A DNA stretch of 64,000 bases from Narcine bancroftii (GCF_036971445.1 NC_091473.1:216194001-216258000); one strand, 5' to 3'; positions 38,700 to 53,104 are shown, counted from the first letter of the stretch. The notes: generated by a model from the sequence alone, not told the origin. Program-made: numbers and translations.

Positions 38700-39460
38700 C
38701 TTAAAGTAAAAGGTTGAGGAATGACAGGTGCTTCATTTGGGTAAATCAAACCAGGACAAAACTTGTTCTGTTAACAGCAATGTCGTAAAGAGAGAAGTGG
38801 GGTGGGGGACAGAGAGTGCAAGTACACAGTTCACTAAAGATGGCAGCACTAATGGAAGAGTAGTGAAGAGAGCATTTGGGACACTTGCCTTCATTGGCTG
38901 GACCACTGAATGTCAGATTTGCGATGCCAAGTGAAGTTCTACAAGACATTGGTGAGACCACATTTGGAATAATGCTTGCCTAGCTTTAGGAAGGCTATTA
39001 TAAAGTTTGGAAAGGGTACACAAAAGGTTTATAAAATTGTTGCTAGGATTTAAGTTACCGCGAGACACTGCAAAAACTAGGTCTGTTTTCCTTACATTAG
39101 ATGGTCTGATGGGAACTTGTTTATTGAGGCCGATAAAATCATGAAGGCGCATAGATAAGATGAATAATTACAGTCTGCTTCCCAGAGTGGGAGAATGAAA
39201 GGGCATAACTACAAGGTGGGGAGGGGGTGGGATTTCGAAGGTTAATTGGATTATGGTTCTTCACTTATGGATCGAGCTACCAGACTGTAATGGAGACAGG
39301 GATGTTAGCTTTCATCAAGAAACACTTGGATAACTCCATGGATGGGAGAGCATTGGAGGGGTCTAGGCCAAATGTGGGCAAGTGGAACTAAAGAAGGCAC
39401 ATCACCTTCCATGGACAAGCTGGGCCTGTGAGCCTGTTTCCATCCACTGGGACTCTATAG
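38700..39460 (+). mobile_element. Highly decayed CR1 3' fragment
   Basis: VLHLGKSNQ, RAFGTLAFI and VRPHLE remnants. Confidence 0.65.
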
Positions 39461-40326
39461 GCCTTTTTACACATGTGAATGACCCGTCTTTAAAGGCAAC
39501 TTGGGTCGTTGACTCTGAACCAAAAAATGCTGGATCAGTGCAACCTCTTAGGCAAGCTGGCATCCCAGGCAGTACTTGAAACTTACAGCGCTAGCATCCT
39601 GTGTGAACCCTTTTAGACAGAAGCTGTTGCGAAACACATCAGCTCTGATACTACCTACCCTGGTAGTATCAGACATGGGATGAAAATGACCACCCCCATC
39701 CCACCTTCATTGTGTATATACAAGGAGATGAGGTAGTTAAATGTCTTTTAACGGCTATGTAAAAGGGGATAGCCAGAAACAGCTGGAGCCAAGGTTCCTG
39801 TTTCTTCTATCTTTAGAAATAGTTTAATTTCACACAGCAAAGGTCACTGACTGCAAATCAAAACTGTTCCATAATCAGGTTTCAGCCTAACTCAACACTA
39901 TCTGATCACACCCTCCCAGGGCACGGGTCAGACCCAGAGTCAAGCAACTTGTCTACCATCCTGTCACACACTCTCGAGGCATGGATTAGATAAAGTGAAG
40001 CTCCCTCTACACCATTCCATCACACACTCCCGGGGCATGGGTCAGACCCAGAATGAAGCTCCCTCTACACTGTTCCATCACACACTTCTGGGGCACGGAT
40101 CAGACCCAGGGGGAAACTCCCTCTAGACTGTCGTGTTACACACTCCCTGGGCACAGGTCAGAGCCAGGGGAAAGCTCCCTCTACACTGTCCTGCCACATT
40201 GTCCCAGGGCATGGGTCAGATACACAGTGAAGCTTCCATTGCACCGTCCACTCACACACATTCCTGGGGCAGGGATCATATACACAGTGAAGCATCCCCA
40301 ACACCACGCACAGCCGCGATACACAC

Positions 40327-40384
40327 CAATAATTGCCACCACATCCGCCAACATGTGTCCTTCTGCCATCCTGTCGAGTCCAGC
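40327..40384 (-). CDS. NDUFS2: NDUFS2 exon 13 (58 nt): AGLDRMAEGHMLADVVAII(G)
   Basis: Homology plus AG and GTGTGT boundaries. Confidence 0.97.
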
Positions 40385-40490
40385 CTGAAAAGGAGAAAGG
40401 AAAGAGTCATTTCCACAGAGGAGAAATGAGACACCTATAGAAATTGGAGGGAGAGAGGGAGGGGTGTGTGAATGGCAGGAGTCTTATCTA

Positions 40491-40862
<372 letters not shown>

Positions 40863-41044
40863 TCAATGCAAGTTAGAGATAATGTAGGTTCAAGGAACGG
40901 GAGGGGGGTCCATGCAAGGGTGGAGGCAGAACAGTGGTGCCTCAGGGGACGGCTGGACAGTGGGGGAGGGGAACGGCGGGGCAAACAGTCACATTGACCG
41001 GAAGCAGTGAGGATACCCCTCATCTCCTCTCACCCCACACTCAC

Positions 41045-41140
41045 CTTTGGGGCTTCGATTGCAGTGTAAGTGGCAGCAGGCGGCACCTGGTAACCCTCAG
41101 TGTACAACTTGAAGTGGTGAATTAGAGCTTCCATTGACGT
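41045..41140 (-). CDS. NDUFS2: NDUFS2 exon 11 (96 nt): [32 protein letters not shown]
   Basis: Homology plus AG and GTGAGT boundaries. Confidence 0.98.
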
Positions 41141-41229
41141 CTGTGGGGGTGGGGGCAGATAGATGGTGAGTGAAGGGAGGGTGGCTCCACATGCCTTCCC
41201 ACTGTGGTGAGCTTCAGCTTTGGATTTTA

Positions 41230-41877
<648 letters not shown>

Positions 41878-42292
41878 TCACAATGAGCTGAGTCTCAGCA
41901 CGTCAAGCCCCCTTCCTCCACTCCCCCGCCTCCAAGGTCTACTGAATAAGACAGAGTGAAGCTCCTTCCACACTGTCACGTCACACACATCCAGGGCACA
42001 GGTCAGACCAGGGGGAAGGTCCCTCTACCCTGTCTTATCATATGCTCCTGGGGCATGTGTCAGACCTAGGGGGAAAGTCCCTCTACAACATTCCATCGCA
42101 CAGTCCTGGGGCACGAGTCAGACCCAAAGGGAAACTCCCTCTTCAACATTCCGTCACCCACTCCCAGGGCACAGTTCAGACCCAGGTGGAACCTCCCTCT
42201 ACACCATCCCATCACACACTCCTGGGGCATGAATCTGACATGGAAAAACTCCCACGTCTGACCCACTCTCGTCCTCCTCCTTCAGCCCTCAC

Positions 42293-42412
42293 CTATCATA
42301 GCAGTCACCGTTGCTCCCAATAGGAATGTCGAACTCCACCTGGTCATATACGTCATAGGGCTGAGTCTTCCGGAGATCCCACCGTATCCCTGAGCCACGG
42401 AGCATCACCCCA
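42293..42412 (-). CDS. NDUFS2: NDUFS2 exon 9 (120 nt): [39 protein letters not shown](R)
   Basis: Homology plus AG and GTGAGG boundaries; preceded by an 87-nt intron. Confidence 0.97.
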
Positions 42413-42499
42413 CTGTGGTGGATAGAGAGTAGATGATTTGTGTGGGGTCTCCACTTAGCCCTGCAATCCCAGACTGAAGCCCACTCTCCTGCTCCCTAC

Positions 42500-42585
42500 C
42501 TGAAGCCATAGTTGAGGGCGTCCTCCGCGCTTATCACCCCAATGCCCACCGTCCTCTTCTTCCATATCCTGTTGGCAGTGAACAT
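42500..42585 (-). CDS. NDUFS2: NDUFS2 exon 8 (86 nt): [28 protein letters not shown](S)
   Basis: Homology plus AG and GTAGGG boundaries. Confidence 0.97.
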
Positions 42586-43045
42586 CTGCAACAGAAAGGA
42601 CCTGCAAGTTGTGGGCCACTCACCCCTGCTCCCAGACTACCCTTCCTCCAGAGTCTTGCCACCTATCTCTGTCTCAACAAACCCTCGCCCTGCCTCCTTC
42701 TCACCAAAACTGCCTCTATTGCCAAGCACCCAAATTCTCCCCATCCACACTCCTCTACCCCGACACCCACTCTTGCTTAAGCCTCCGTCTCCTCTTGCAA
42801 CCCTTCCTCACCCAATCACCCTCCTCCCTGACACACTGCCTCTCCCGTCCCCAACTCCTCTCCCAACTACCCTCCTTCCCCAACATCGACTCCCTCTCTT
42901 CCTCCCTGTCTCTTTCACCTGATCTCACTCTCCAAAACCCACTTACCCTCTTCCCACATATTACTAGCCCCACCTGACTCCCTCATCCCCTCTGTTCCCA
43001 GCTCCTAAACTCTGCACTCGTGTTCCCCTCCCCTTTAGTTCTCAC

Positions 43046-43123
43046 CTCCTCCACCTCGTCGATGCGGATGGAGAAGTTCTTAATGAATTCATAGATGTCG
43101 TCCATAAGGCCCAAGGGCAGGTC
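43046..43123 (-). CDS. NDUFS2: NDUFS2 exon 7 (78 nt): [26 protein letters not shown]
   Basis: Homology plus AG and GTGAGA boundaries. Confidence 0.97.
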
Positions 43124-43474
43124 CTGGAGGGGAGGAAGAGGAATCAGATACAGGCTTGCTCTGTCCAGCCAATGACCCCACACCTACTCCCAGCAGGGCC
43201 TCTCACACTCACCACCTACCGAAGGCAGAGGCTGATTCAGTCACCCTGAACCCACCATTCAGCCTGGCTCACCTGATGGTGATTCCCCCCCACCCCTCTG
43301 CTCATCTGATGAAGACCCCACCTGCCTAAACCCGCTCACCTGAAGACCCCACCTCCCCACCCCCCTGCACCTCGTCCACCTGATGATGAACAGCCCCCAC
43401 CCCCGACTTGATGAACACCCCCACCTCCCCACACCCCACTGATGAACACCCCCACCCTGCCCCATTCCACTCGC

Positions 43475-43549
43475 CTGATGAACACCCCCCGGTCTGATGT
43501 AGGCTGCGTGCATGCGAGCTCCCGATGCACGTTCATAGAACTCAAACAT
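43475..43549 (-). CDS. NDUFS2: NDUFS2 exon 6 (75 nt): [25 protein letters not shown], ending at a GC donor
   Basis: [14 protein letters not shown] motif; homology ends exactly at CAG|GCGAGT. Confidence 0.95.
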
Positions 43550-44664
43550 CTGGACAGAGAGAGGAAAGAATGGGTAATTGATAATCAACCAACAATAGCA
43601 GTTCATTCACTGGACTGATGTTTTACTAAATACCAAACTGTCTCATTAATTTGCGGGATCTCACTCTGAATGCGGAGAATGTGTCCTTTGAATCCTTACT
43701 TTGTTACCGAATATACACGTGTAATAGTAGCATTTTGTGGACCAATTTTTTGGGTAAAATTTAGGGGGGTGGGGTAGAGTATTAGATGCCTACTACATTT
43801 GACTGCAGTAAATACCTGCATGGTTCAAGGTATAGGGAGCTCGGACGGGCAGGCGGATGGGACCAGGTGGTAAATCCATGTTTGGGACGTCAGGAATTCA
43901 GATGGGCGGGGAGGTGGCCAGGACCAAGTGGGAAGCCTGGGTTCGGTGAATTGTGAGATCGGATGGGGATCGGGGTGTTGGGAGCTTGGATGGGCAGGTG
44001 TCCAGGTCAAAAATGGGGGGGGGGTTTCAATTTTTACACACGCTATATAAAAAGTACAAATTTTTGGGGCCAAAAATAGGGGGCTGACTTTTACATGGTA
44101 TTAACAATAACACAATACTAGTTTTTAGATGCATGGTGGAGTAGGAAGTTAAATCAAACTGCTGAGACAATAACCAATTAACCAGCTGGTAATTATACAC
44201 AGAATTAACTTGAGTCTCTACAGTTACTTAATTAAAAATTATTACTTTTTTATGGAACTGGTCAGTCAGTCAATTGTTTAGGTCAGTAAATAGGCAATAG
44301 TATTGTCAAGACTAAACTTTAAGATGGTAACTGATCAACAGTTAACTTATGAAATTGTGAGAAAATAGTTTGCCATTTAATCATGCGATGGGTGAATTAA
44401 ACACAAATACCGGTAACAGCCAATTTCACAAAGAAGTTCTGAAGAACGCCTCAGGGTCCAGACGAGATCCCCTCCACTCTCAACCCAGAAACGACTCAGC
44501 CCCCCACTCCCAGCTCTGGCCCTTGGTATGAAACTTCCCCCACCCCGGCTCTGGCCCTGGGGGAGGGTGACCCTTTCACTCCGGTACTGGGGGAGGGGAA
44601 AACCACCCTTCAACTCTGGTTCTTGGACGACTTCCTCACTTAGGTCACAGGGGAGTTCCCTCGC

Positions 44665-44965
44665 CCCGTCCAGTCCAGGGGTGACCCCCGCCCAGTGCAA
44701 CCCAGGGGCGACACCCCCCCCACCGGTCCAGTCCAGGGGTGACATCCCCCCTCCACCGGTCCAGTCCAGTCCAGGGACGACACCATCCCCCACCGGTCCA
44801 GTCCAGAGGCGACACCCCCCTCACTGGTCCAGTCCAGTGACCACACCCACCCTCACTGATCCAGTCCAGTGGCAACACCCCCTCACTGGTCCAGTCCGGT
44901 GGCAACACCCCCTCATTGGTCTAGTCCAGGGGCGACACCCCCCTCACCGGTCCAGTCCAGGGGTG
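44665..44965 (+). repeat. About 31-bp tandem repeat in NDUFS2 intron 5
   Basis: ccagtccaggggcgacacccccctcaccggt units. Confidence 0.85.
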
Positions 44966-45366
44966 ATACTCCCCCTCCTTTGCCCACTCTGGTCTGGGCC
45001 TGACCCTGCCCCCCTCCAGTTACAGGGCCATGAGATGACTGATGAGCTCCGTGAGGGACGTGAGATGGGACAGGAGGCATGTGACAGGACTCTGAATTAA
45101 TAGCTGGTCAAACTTTTAATTGATGAGGTTATCACATAGATAACTCAATGAAGTGTATCAGCTATTTAACTGGGTAAACCATGGGTTTTCACTTCCAATA
45201 GAATTAAACAGAGATTGGGTTAATCACAGGGAGATACTGCATGGATCCAGACTCTCTGGTGAACTAAATCTTTGCTGCCCATTCATATAGTCCACACAAT
45301 GCCTTCATCTCCCCCTGGTTCTACCCTCCTCCCAGTAAGGGAGGCCCAATCGCCCCCCACACTCAC

Positions 45367-45479
45367 CTTCTCCCTCTCCTCAAACATCCAGAAGAAGGGT
45401 GTCATGGCACCGATGTCCAGGGCGTGGGTGGTCACCGCCATGATGTGGTTCAGAAGCCGAGTCAGCTCGCTGAAGAGAA
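45367..45479 (-). CDS. NDUFS2: NDUFS2 exon 5 (113 nt): [37 protein letters not shown]
   Basis: Near-identity to vertebrate NDUFS2; AG and GTGAGT boundaries. Confidence 0.98.
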
Positions 45480-45919
45480 CTGGTGGATGGAGGACAGTGA
45501 AATGGACCAGCTGATCATTCCAGCAGTGGGATTGGGGCATTGGGTACAGGATAAATATCCCTGTGTCTTGCTGATGGGGTGAGAACCATGATACCCCTGC
45601 AGTACCCGGGGCAGGGGCTGCCTTATCACTGCTCCCCCTCCGAGCATGGACTGTAGGGGGAATGGGTGCTGTCCTAGGAGGCCAATCCCTGGACAGTGAC
45701 CCAACTGGTGTGCTCTTCACTGCTTTCCCCCACCTGAGCTGTAACCGTTCCTCATTCACCACCTCCCTCCCCAATGACATCATGGAACTGAGAAGTCAAA
45801 GTCCCCACTGAGCAGGGACTGTACACACTCCCTTCCCCACACCCCACCCCCCCCCAACCAAGATTGGGACCATTCGCCATTCCCCACCGAGCTGGGATTG
45901 TCCCCCCTTCACCCCAAAC

Positions 45920-46865
45920 ATGAACTGTCCCCTCTCCCTCACCGAGCATGGACTGCCCCCTCTCCCCCACCGAGCATGGACTGCCCCCTCTCCCCCACCG
46001 AGCATGGACTGCCCCCTCTCCCCCACTGAGCATGGACTGCCCCCTCTCCCACACCGAGCATGGACTGTCCCCTCTCCCCCACCGAGCTGGGACCATTCCC
46101 CCCTCTCACTGAGCATGGACTGTCCCCTCTACCCCACCGAGCATGGACTGTCCCCTCTCCCCCACCGAGCATGGACTGTCCCCTCTCCCCCACCGAGCAT
46201 GGACTGTCCCCTCTCCCCCACCGAGCATGGACTGTCCCCTCTCCCCCACCGAGCATGGACTGTCCCCTCTCCCCCACCGAGCATGGACTGTCCCCTCTCC
46301 CCCACCGAGCATGGACTGTCCCCTCTCCCCCACCGAGCATGGACTGTCCCCTCTCCCCAACCGAGCATGGACTGTCCCCTCTCCCCCACCGAGCATGGAC
46401 TGTCCCCTCTCCCCCACCGAGCATGGACTGTCCCCTCTCCCCCACCAAGCATGGACTGTCCCCTCTCCCCTACCGAGCATGGACTGTCCCCTCTCCCCCA
46501 CCGAGCATGGACTGTCCCCTCTCCCCCACCGAGCATGGACTGTCCCCTCTCCCCCACCGAGCATGGACTGTCCCCTCTCCCCCACCGAGCATGGACTGCC
46601 CCCTCTCCCCCACTGAGCATGGACTGTCCCCTCTCCCCCACTGAGCATGGACTGTCCCCTCTCCCCCACTGAGCATGGACTGTCTCTCTCCCCCACTGAG
46701 CATGGACTGTCCCCTCTCCCCCACCAAGCTGTGACCATTCCCCCCCTCCCCCACCAAGCTGTGACCATTCCCCCCCTCCCCCACCGAGCTGGAATTGTCC
46801 CCCATTCTCAACCGAGCTGGAATTGTCCCCCTTTCTCCACCCCGAGCTGGGACTGCCCCCTCTCC
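45920..46865 (+). repeat. 28-bp tandem repeat (about 30 units) in NDUFS2 intron 4
   Basis: gagcatggactgtcccctctcccccacc units, homogeneous core. Confidence 0.96.
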
Positions 46866-47173
46866 CAGGGGCAAGCTTGGGTGAGGGGGTTTGAGCCAAC
46901 ATTCCACCTCCAGCAGTCAAATGCCTCGTTACAGAACAACTGGCCCACCAGGCTATCTTTACCCCTCTACCCCCAGAGCACAGTGGGACAGAGGGTTGGC
47001 ATGCCTCCACTCTCTATCCAGCAGAGCTCGCCTTGGGGTTATGTATGTCCTGCCTGGAGAGTTGGGTGCCAGCTGGATCCCCGCCCCATCACACCTGGCG
47101 CGGGTTAATGACACAATGTGGATGGGAATGCGGCAGAACCAGCCGGCTGTTGCTGCCCCTACAGAGGACTCAC

Positions 47174-47294
47174 CTCGGATCCACTGGGCACGGATCGGGG
47201 GCCTGATGTTCAGGAGTTTCTCCACGGCCAAGGAGTAACACTGCTCATTACACATCATGGAGACGTAATCCAGGCGGTCAAAGTATGGCAGCGC
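47174..47294 (-). CDS. NDUFS2: NDUFS2 exon 4 (121 nt): [40 protein letters not shown](V)
   Basis: DRLDY quinone-site motif; AG and GTGAGT boundaries; frame continuous with neighbouring exons. Confidence 0.98.
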
Positions 47295-47439
47295 CTGCCA
47301 GGGGAGAGGCCAGTGTCAGTGCAAAGCGCAATCCAGACGCCAACATCAGAAGGCTCGCACACCCACACCCTCAAGGTATTCCGCACAACTTTACAGGGAG
47401 CTAGCTCTGGGGAGACCACAGGCAGCTAGCTCTGGGGAG

Positions 47440-47850
47440 ACCAGAGGCAGACTGGGAGATTGCTCCGTTGAGCACCTCTTCTCTGTCTGCTGCCACAGCG
47501 AGGACTACCCAGTGGTCAACCATTTCTATTTCACACACCAGCCCTGCACGAACTCATCTGTCCATGGCCTCATTCACTGCCTAACCAGGCCACCCGCAAA
47601 TTGGAGGAAGAACGCCTAATATTCCACTTTGGCAGTCTTCAACCAGCATCAACTTCAACAATTACTATTAACCCTCTCCTCTGGTCTCTCTCTTTCCTTC
47701 AGTTCCCCATACCCTTCCCTCTATCATAGCTACCGTTTGCCCCTCTCCCCATCACTTCTCTGCTTCTCCTACCTGTATCCACCAATTAATTACCTAGCCT
47801 GAGCTCCCCCTTTCCTCTCTCCTCCCACATTGCCGTTTACTTTTGATGAA
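47440..47850 (+). mobile_element. Penelope-like element remnant (GIY-YIG C-terminus)
   Basis: EHL...PVVNHF...RKLEEERLIFHFGSLQP-like remnant followed by a CT-rich tail. Confidence 0.6.
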
Positions 47851-48212
47851 GTTGGATGAGGCAAGAAGTAGAGGTCATGGGTTAAGGGTGAAAGGTGAAA
47901 TGCTTGAAGGGTACATCAGGGAGAACTTCTTCACACCGAATGTGTGGTGAGTGTAGAACTAGATGGCAGCTCTATTTCGATATTTGAGAAAAAGTTGGAC
48001 AGGTACATGGATGGGAGGGGTATGGAGAGCTATGGTCTGAGTGCAGGTCAATGGACTAGGCAGTTACAGATGGGTGGGGTAAATAGCCTGTTCCCAGCTC
48101 CTATAGGTTTAATTGTTCTCCACATGGCACACAGCACATGCAGCTTCGAGCGTGCCAGCACTCTGTGCATACGCGAGCCAACCCCCCCCAGGCCGCGTGT
48201 GGGCGGCGCTAC

Positions 48213-48403
48213 CTGCAGGTAGGTCTTGTACTCGATGAGCTTCTCAGTGCCACGGTGGAGCAGGCCAATGTGGGGGTCACACTTCTTCACCGACTCACCA
48301 CTCAGCTCCATCACCAGTCGCAGGACGCCGTGGGCTGCTGGATGCTGCGGCCCAAAGTTAATCACGTAGTTGGAGACGTTGCGATCCCTTGGTGGGTCCT
48401 TGT
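48213..48403 (-). CDS. NDUFS2: NDUFS2 coding exon 3 equivalent (191 nt): (D)[63 protein letters not shown]
   Basis: Hallmark [14 protein letters not shown] and [10 protein letters not shown] motifs; AG acceptor at 48405-48404, GT donor at 48212-48211. Confidence 0.98.
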
Positions 48404-49359
48404 CTGCTCCGCGGGGGAAGGGGAGGCAAAGAGAGGGCAGGTGAGAGACAGCAGCAGGCCACTCGGCCCCTCCCTTCTGCTCCACCAGTCAGTGGCTCCA
48501 TTGCTGATGTTCCTTCAGCCCCTCTCTCCTTCACTAACCCATTCCCTCAACAGCAAAAAGCCCAGTGATCTCTGCCCTGAATCAAGTTCAAGGACACACG
48601 TGCCATGAGGAAGTTTGTCTATCGAGCAGTTCAGAAAGACACCCCACATGTAATAGAGTAAAACACAGTAGTGGAGAGTTACCGGGAGGAGTAAGAAAAG
48701 AACAATTTTACTGGAAGGGGCACATTCAGGAGTATGATAATAGCAGGAAAGAAACGGTCCTCAAATCTGGTGATCCATGATCTCCATCCTGAGCGGTGGG
48801 GGGGGGGGGGGGGAAGGAGAAGAGAGTGGGTCTTGGGTGGAATGAGTCTCTTACTTGGTGCCTGCTTTTCCAAGGCAATGGGAAGTATAGACAGAGTTGA
48901 CGGAGGGGAGCAGGGTTTGTGCAATGGAGAGCTTTTTTCAGACTTGCGTGACACAATTCACATCCTATGCAGTGACATACCCAGACAGGATACTTCAGTG
49001 GAATAGGACAGGTCACTGGAGACATTTACACTGAGGGACTTAAAGCTGTTTCCTCAGTAACTAAAATGCTACCCCGTTTCTGTCTTGACCCTTCACTCTG
49101 AGACTGGTTCCCCCTCCCTACATACGCCCAGTCATGAGTTTGGACATTCCAGTGAGATCACCTCTCATTCTAAACCCCAGAGTGGTTTAGAACAGTCTGA
49201 GTCTGTTTCACCTATTCTCATGGGACACCTCCACCATCCTGGAAATCGATTCGGTGAACCTTATTAATCACAGAGAACCTATGGCATAGGGAATACTTAA
49301 GGTGGTATGTGAGTGGAAAGAAAAAGGTTGAGAACCACTGTTCTAGGTAGACACCTGAA

Positions 49360-50300
49360 TATTCAGATTTCAGAATTATTATCAAAAGTACATACGTGAC
49401 ATCACATTCAACCACGAGATTCTTTTTTCTGCTGGCGAGGAAGAATGACCACTTATTGGTAATAAGCAATGCAGCCGGTCAGCACACGTTCCACCACACA
49501 TCTGTAAAATATTGCCAGGGTTTCTGGTGTCATACCAAACCTCCGCAAACTCCTGAGAAAGTAGAGGTGCTGACGTGCTTTCTTCGTGATGCCTTTAGCG
49601 TGTTGGGTCCAGGAAAGGTCCTCCGAGATAGTGACTCTGAAGAATTTAAATGTGCTCACCCGCTCCACTTCTGATCCCCCAATGATCACTGGATTGTACA
49701 CCTCTGGATTTCCCTTCCTGAAGTCAACAATCAGCTTCTGACAATGAGTGTGAGGTTGTTGTTTTCAATCTTCCTCCTGTACGCTGACTCATCCCCTTTT
49801 TTAAAAAAAATACAACCACTACCAGCACATTTGCAGATGGTGTTATTGTGGTACTGAGCTACACAGTCATAGGTGTAAAGTGAGTGGAGCTGGGGGCTAA
49901 GAATGCAGCCCTGTGGTGCTCTGGTACTTATGGAGATTGTGGTCCAACACGGTAGGGTGTTGAGTCCCAGGTCTTGGAGTTTACTGATCTGTTTTGAGGG
50001 GATGATGGTGTTAAATGCTGAACTGTAGTCAATAAAGAGCATCCTGATTAATGCATCTTTACTGTCCAGGTGTTCCAGCCCTTTGAGTAGTCAGTGAAAA
50101 GACATCCGCTGTAGACCTGCAGCTACGATAGGTGAACTGGAATACATCCATGCCACCGCTCAGACAGGAGCTGATATGCTTCAACAACAGCCTTTCAAAG
50201 CACTTCATCACTGTTGATGTAAGCGCTACTGGTCGAGTCATTATGGCAGGTTACTGCACTCTTCTTGGGCACCACAGGTGGGTACCACACCCTGCTGGGG
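49360..50300 (-). mobile_element. Rex1/Babar-type LINE RT fragment
   Basis: RPVALTSTVMKCFERL, MLFIDYSSAFNTIIP, APQGCILSP, KKARQHLYFLR. Confidence 0.88.
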
Positions 50301-52735
50301 TGAAATATTGAAGCAATCTGTTTAAGTATTGGATTAGATATATCCTTAATGATCTTGGAAAAACTAAATGGAAGAGAGGTACCCAATAAAGAGGCCACTG
50401 CTGTATAGATCTCAGTTCTAAATCTATACATAATGGACGTTCCAATTTGTCAGAATAAAAAATCCAAAAAGTTAGATAATGAATATTAACAGCCCAGTAA
50501 TAAAATCTAAAATTAGGTAGGGGCATACCTCTGTCTTTTTTTTTTCCATTTTTATAAATGAAATTGACTAATTCTAGAGTTTTTGTTCTTCCACATAAAG
50601 GAAGAAACTCAAATCAATATTATAAAAACAGACTTTGAGATGAAAAACTGGAATCACTTGAAATAGATATAAAAACTTAGGTAATATTATCTTTTTAAAT
50701 GCACTAATACGACCTATTAAAGATAACGATGAAGGAGACCATCTAGAAAAAGACTATCTCACATATTCGAATGGAGGAGCAAAATTGAGTTCATATAAAT
50801 CTTTAAATCGTTCAGTGATTTTAACTCCTAAGTATGTGAAATTATCTCTGGCAATCTTTAATGGAACTTGAGAATAGATCGGGACCTGCATATTAATTGG
50901 AAAAAAGTTCACTTTTTACAAAGGTTTAATTTATATCCAGAGAAAGAGCTGAATTGAGAAAACACAGCTGGGATAGATCTTTCAGGATCTGAAATGTAAA
51001 CTAATAGGCCATCTACATATAAAGAAACCTCATGAGTTACTCAGTTTCTGACAAACCCTTGAACTTCGTGCGTGCCTCTAAGGGCTATTTCCACAAGAAG
51101 GATTTGTTGTTATTACCAACCATCACAGCTAAGTGGGTTTATAAATCAATTTAATCCATGATATAAAGCCCACAGCAAAATTAAATCTTCATGGTATGGG
51201 TGAATTAATTCTTTCTTATTGATTTTAATATACAATAAACAGTGGACAGAGAGAATGAGGATACATAATTACAATTATGTATGGATGGGTCACGTCTCCA
51301 GAATGGAGGACCATCGCCTTCCCAAGATCGTGTTATATGGCGAGCTCTCCACTGGCCACCGTGACAGAGGTGCACCAAAGAAAAGGTACAAGGACTGCCT
51401 AAAGAAATCTCTTGGTGCCTGCCACATTGACCACCGCCAGTGGGCTGATAACGCCTCAAACCGTGCATCTTGGCGCCTCACAGTTTAGCGGGCAGCAACC
51501 TCCTTTGAAGAAGACCGCAGAGCCCACCTCACTGACAAAAGGCAAAGGAGGAAAAACCCAACACCCAACCCCAACCAACCAATTTTCCCTTGCAACCGCT
51601 GCAATCGTGTCTGCCTGTCCCGCATCGGACTTGTCAGCCACAAACGAGCCTGCAGCTGACGTGGACTTTTTACCCCCTCCATAAATCTTCGTCCGCGAAG
51701 CCAAGCCAAAGAAAAAAAGAATTACAATATACAACAATCAGTACATAATAATAGTATCTTCATCTCCCCAAACTCAAAGAGAAAAAAGCAAGAAAAAAAA
51801 TCACATTCTAGTAAACCCATTGTACTGATCTATTGAAGAAGAGAAATAAACCCCACAAAAAACAACTGGAAAGCCTTGGATCAATGTTCAGCCAATATAA
51901 GAACCTTGGTCCTCATCCAAAAGAGAAACTTAATGGTATCAGGGACAATAAATCAAAGAAAATGTTAGAAATCATACGAAAATATTGCATGAATGGACAC
52001 CAAGTGTCCTCAAATTTAACAGAGGAATCAAATGTGGCCCCTCTTAATTTTCTCTTAGTTTTGAGAAAACCATTGAGCTATAGACGGCGGAGTGGGGTCC
52101 TTCCATTCAAAACAAATTGCTGTCCTACACATCAGGGTGGTTAAAGTGATCCAATGAGCAGAAGCCGGACAACGACCGACATCCTGCTCCTAAAACTTCA
52201 AGAAGAGTAGTTGAGGGATTTGGTTGTAAATCAATTGCAAGGATTGCTGAAAGAGTGAGTACCAACGACATCTTTCCAATACCTTTCTAGAACCGGATCG
52301 GACCAAAACATATGGTTCAATTACACCTATCACAGATTGAATTAAAATTAGGAAAAATACAGGCAGGCTTGATGTTCGACATGTGCGCCCCACGTACGAC
52401 CTTAAATAGAAAAAGTGGGTGCCGAGCACACATTGATGAAGTATTAACTAGTCTGAGAATCTTTTCCCACATCTCTGTAGATAAAGACTTTTGGAGCTCC
52501 TGCTCCCACACCCCTTTTAAATTTATCCATCGAGACTGGTCGCAATTTTAATAGCATTATATATGATTGCTATCAAACTCTTCAAAGAGGGATTTAAACG
52601 AAAAAAAAAGCATCAACCGTATCCGACTGAAACAGCAGGGAAAAATTAGGTAATACAGCACTCAGAAAAAATGTCTAATTTGAAAATATCTTAACAAATG
52701 TGAATTCGGCAGACCATATCTGTTTGATAGTTGTT
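50300..52735 (-). mobile_element. Decayed L1-clade fragments (RT to 3' end), interrupted by an RTE copy
   Basis: LPNFRFYYWA, FTYLG, LFKVV and CDRC remnants on the minus strand. Confidence 0.7.
51282..51718 (+). mobile_element. RTE LINE 3' fragment
   Basis: Near-identical to the other RTE copies; gccaagccaaag tail. Confidence 0.92.
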
Positions 52736-53104
52736 CAAAGGACAACTCTCCTCCCCTCACCCTCACTCTCTTGTTGATGCCATGGACACTGCCTGGGCCA
52801 TGAGGCCCCTCCAGCTTTTCCCATGAGGCTGGACCCGTGATCCCCCTCCCTGCCTGCCCACTGGCCGCTCATCTTAATCCACAGCCCGTCAGCTGCTCTG
52901 CTGGGTTCCACCATTCTGATGACCCGACAACCTCTGACCCCGGTCAGCAAACCCCCACCTCCAACTGCCAGTGGAAGCACAGAGGATCCTCAACACAAAC
53001 CATGGCGTGAGGAAGACTCTTCAGCCCACCGTATTCGTGCTGCATGAAAACTACATTCTGCCCTGTATGGTCTTCCATCTCATCTTGTTTCAAGAGTGCA
53101 TCTG

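Noticed and set aside
45796-47108. Many overlapping ORFs and CRISPR-like periodicity
   Set aside because: Head-to-tail 28-bp tandem repeat with no unique spacers, in a eukaryotic intron
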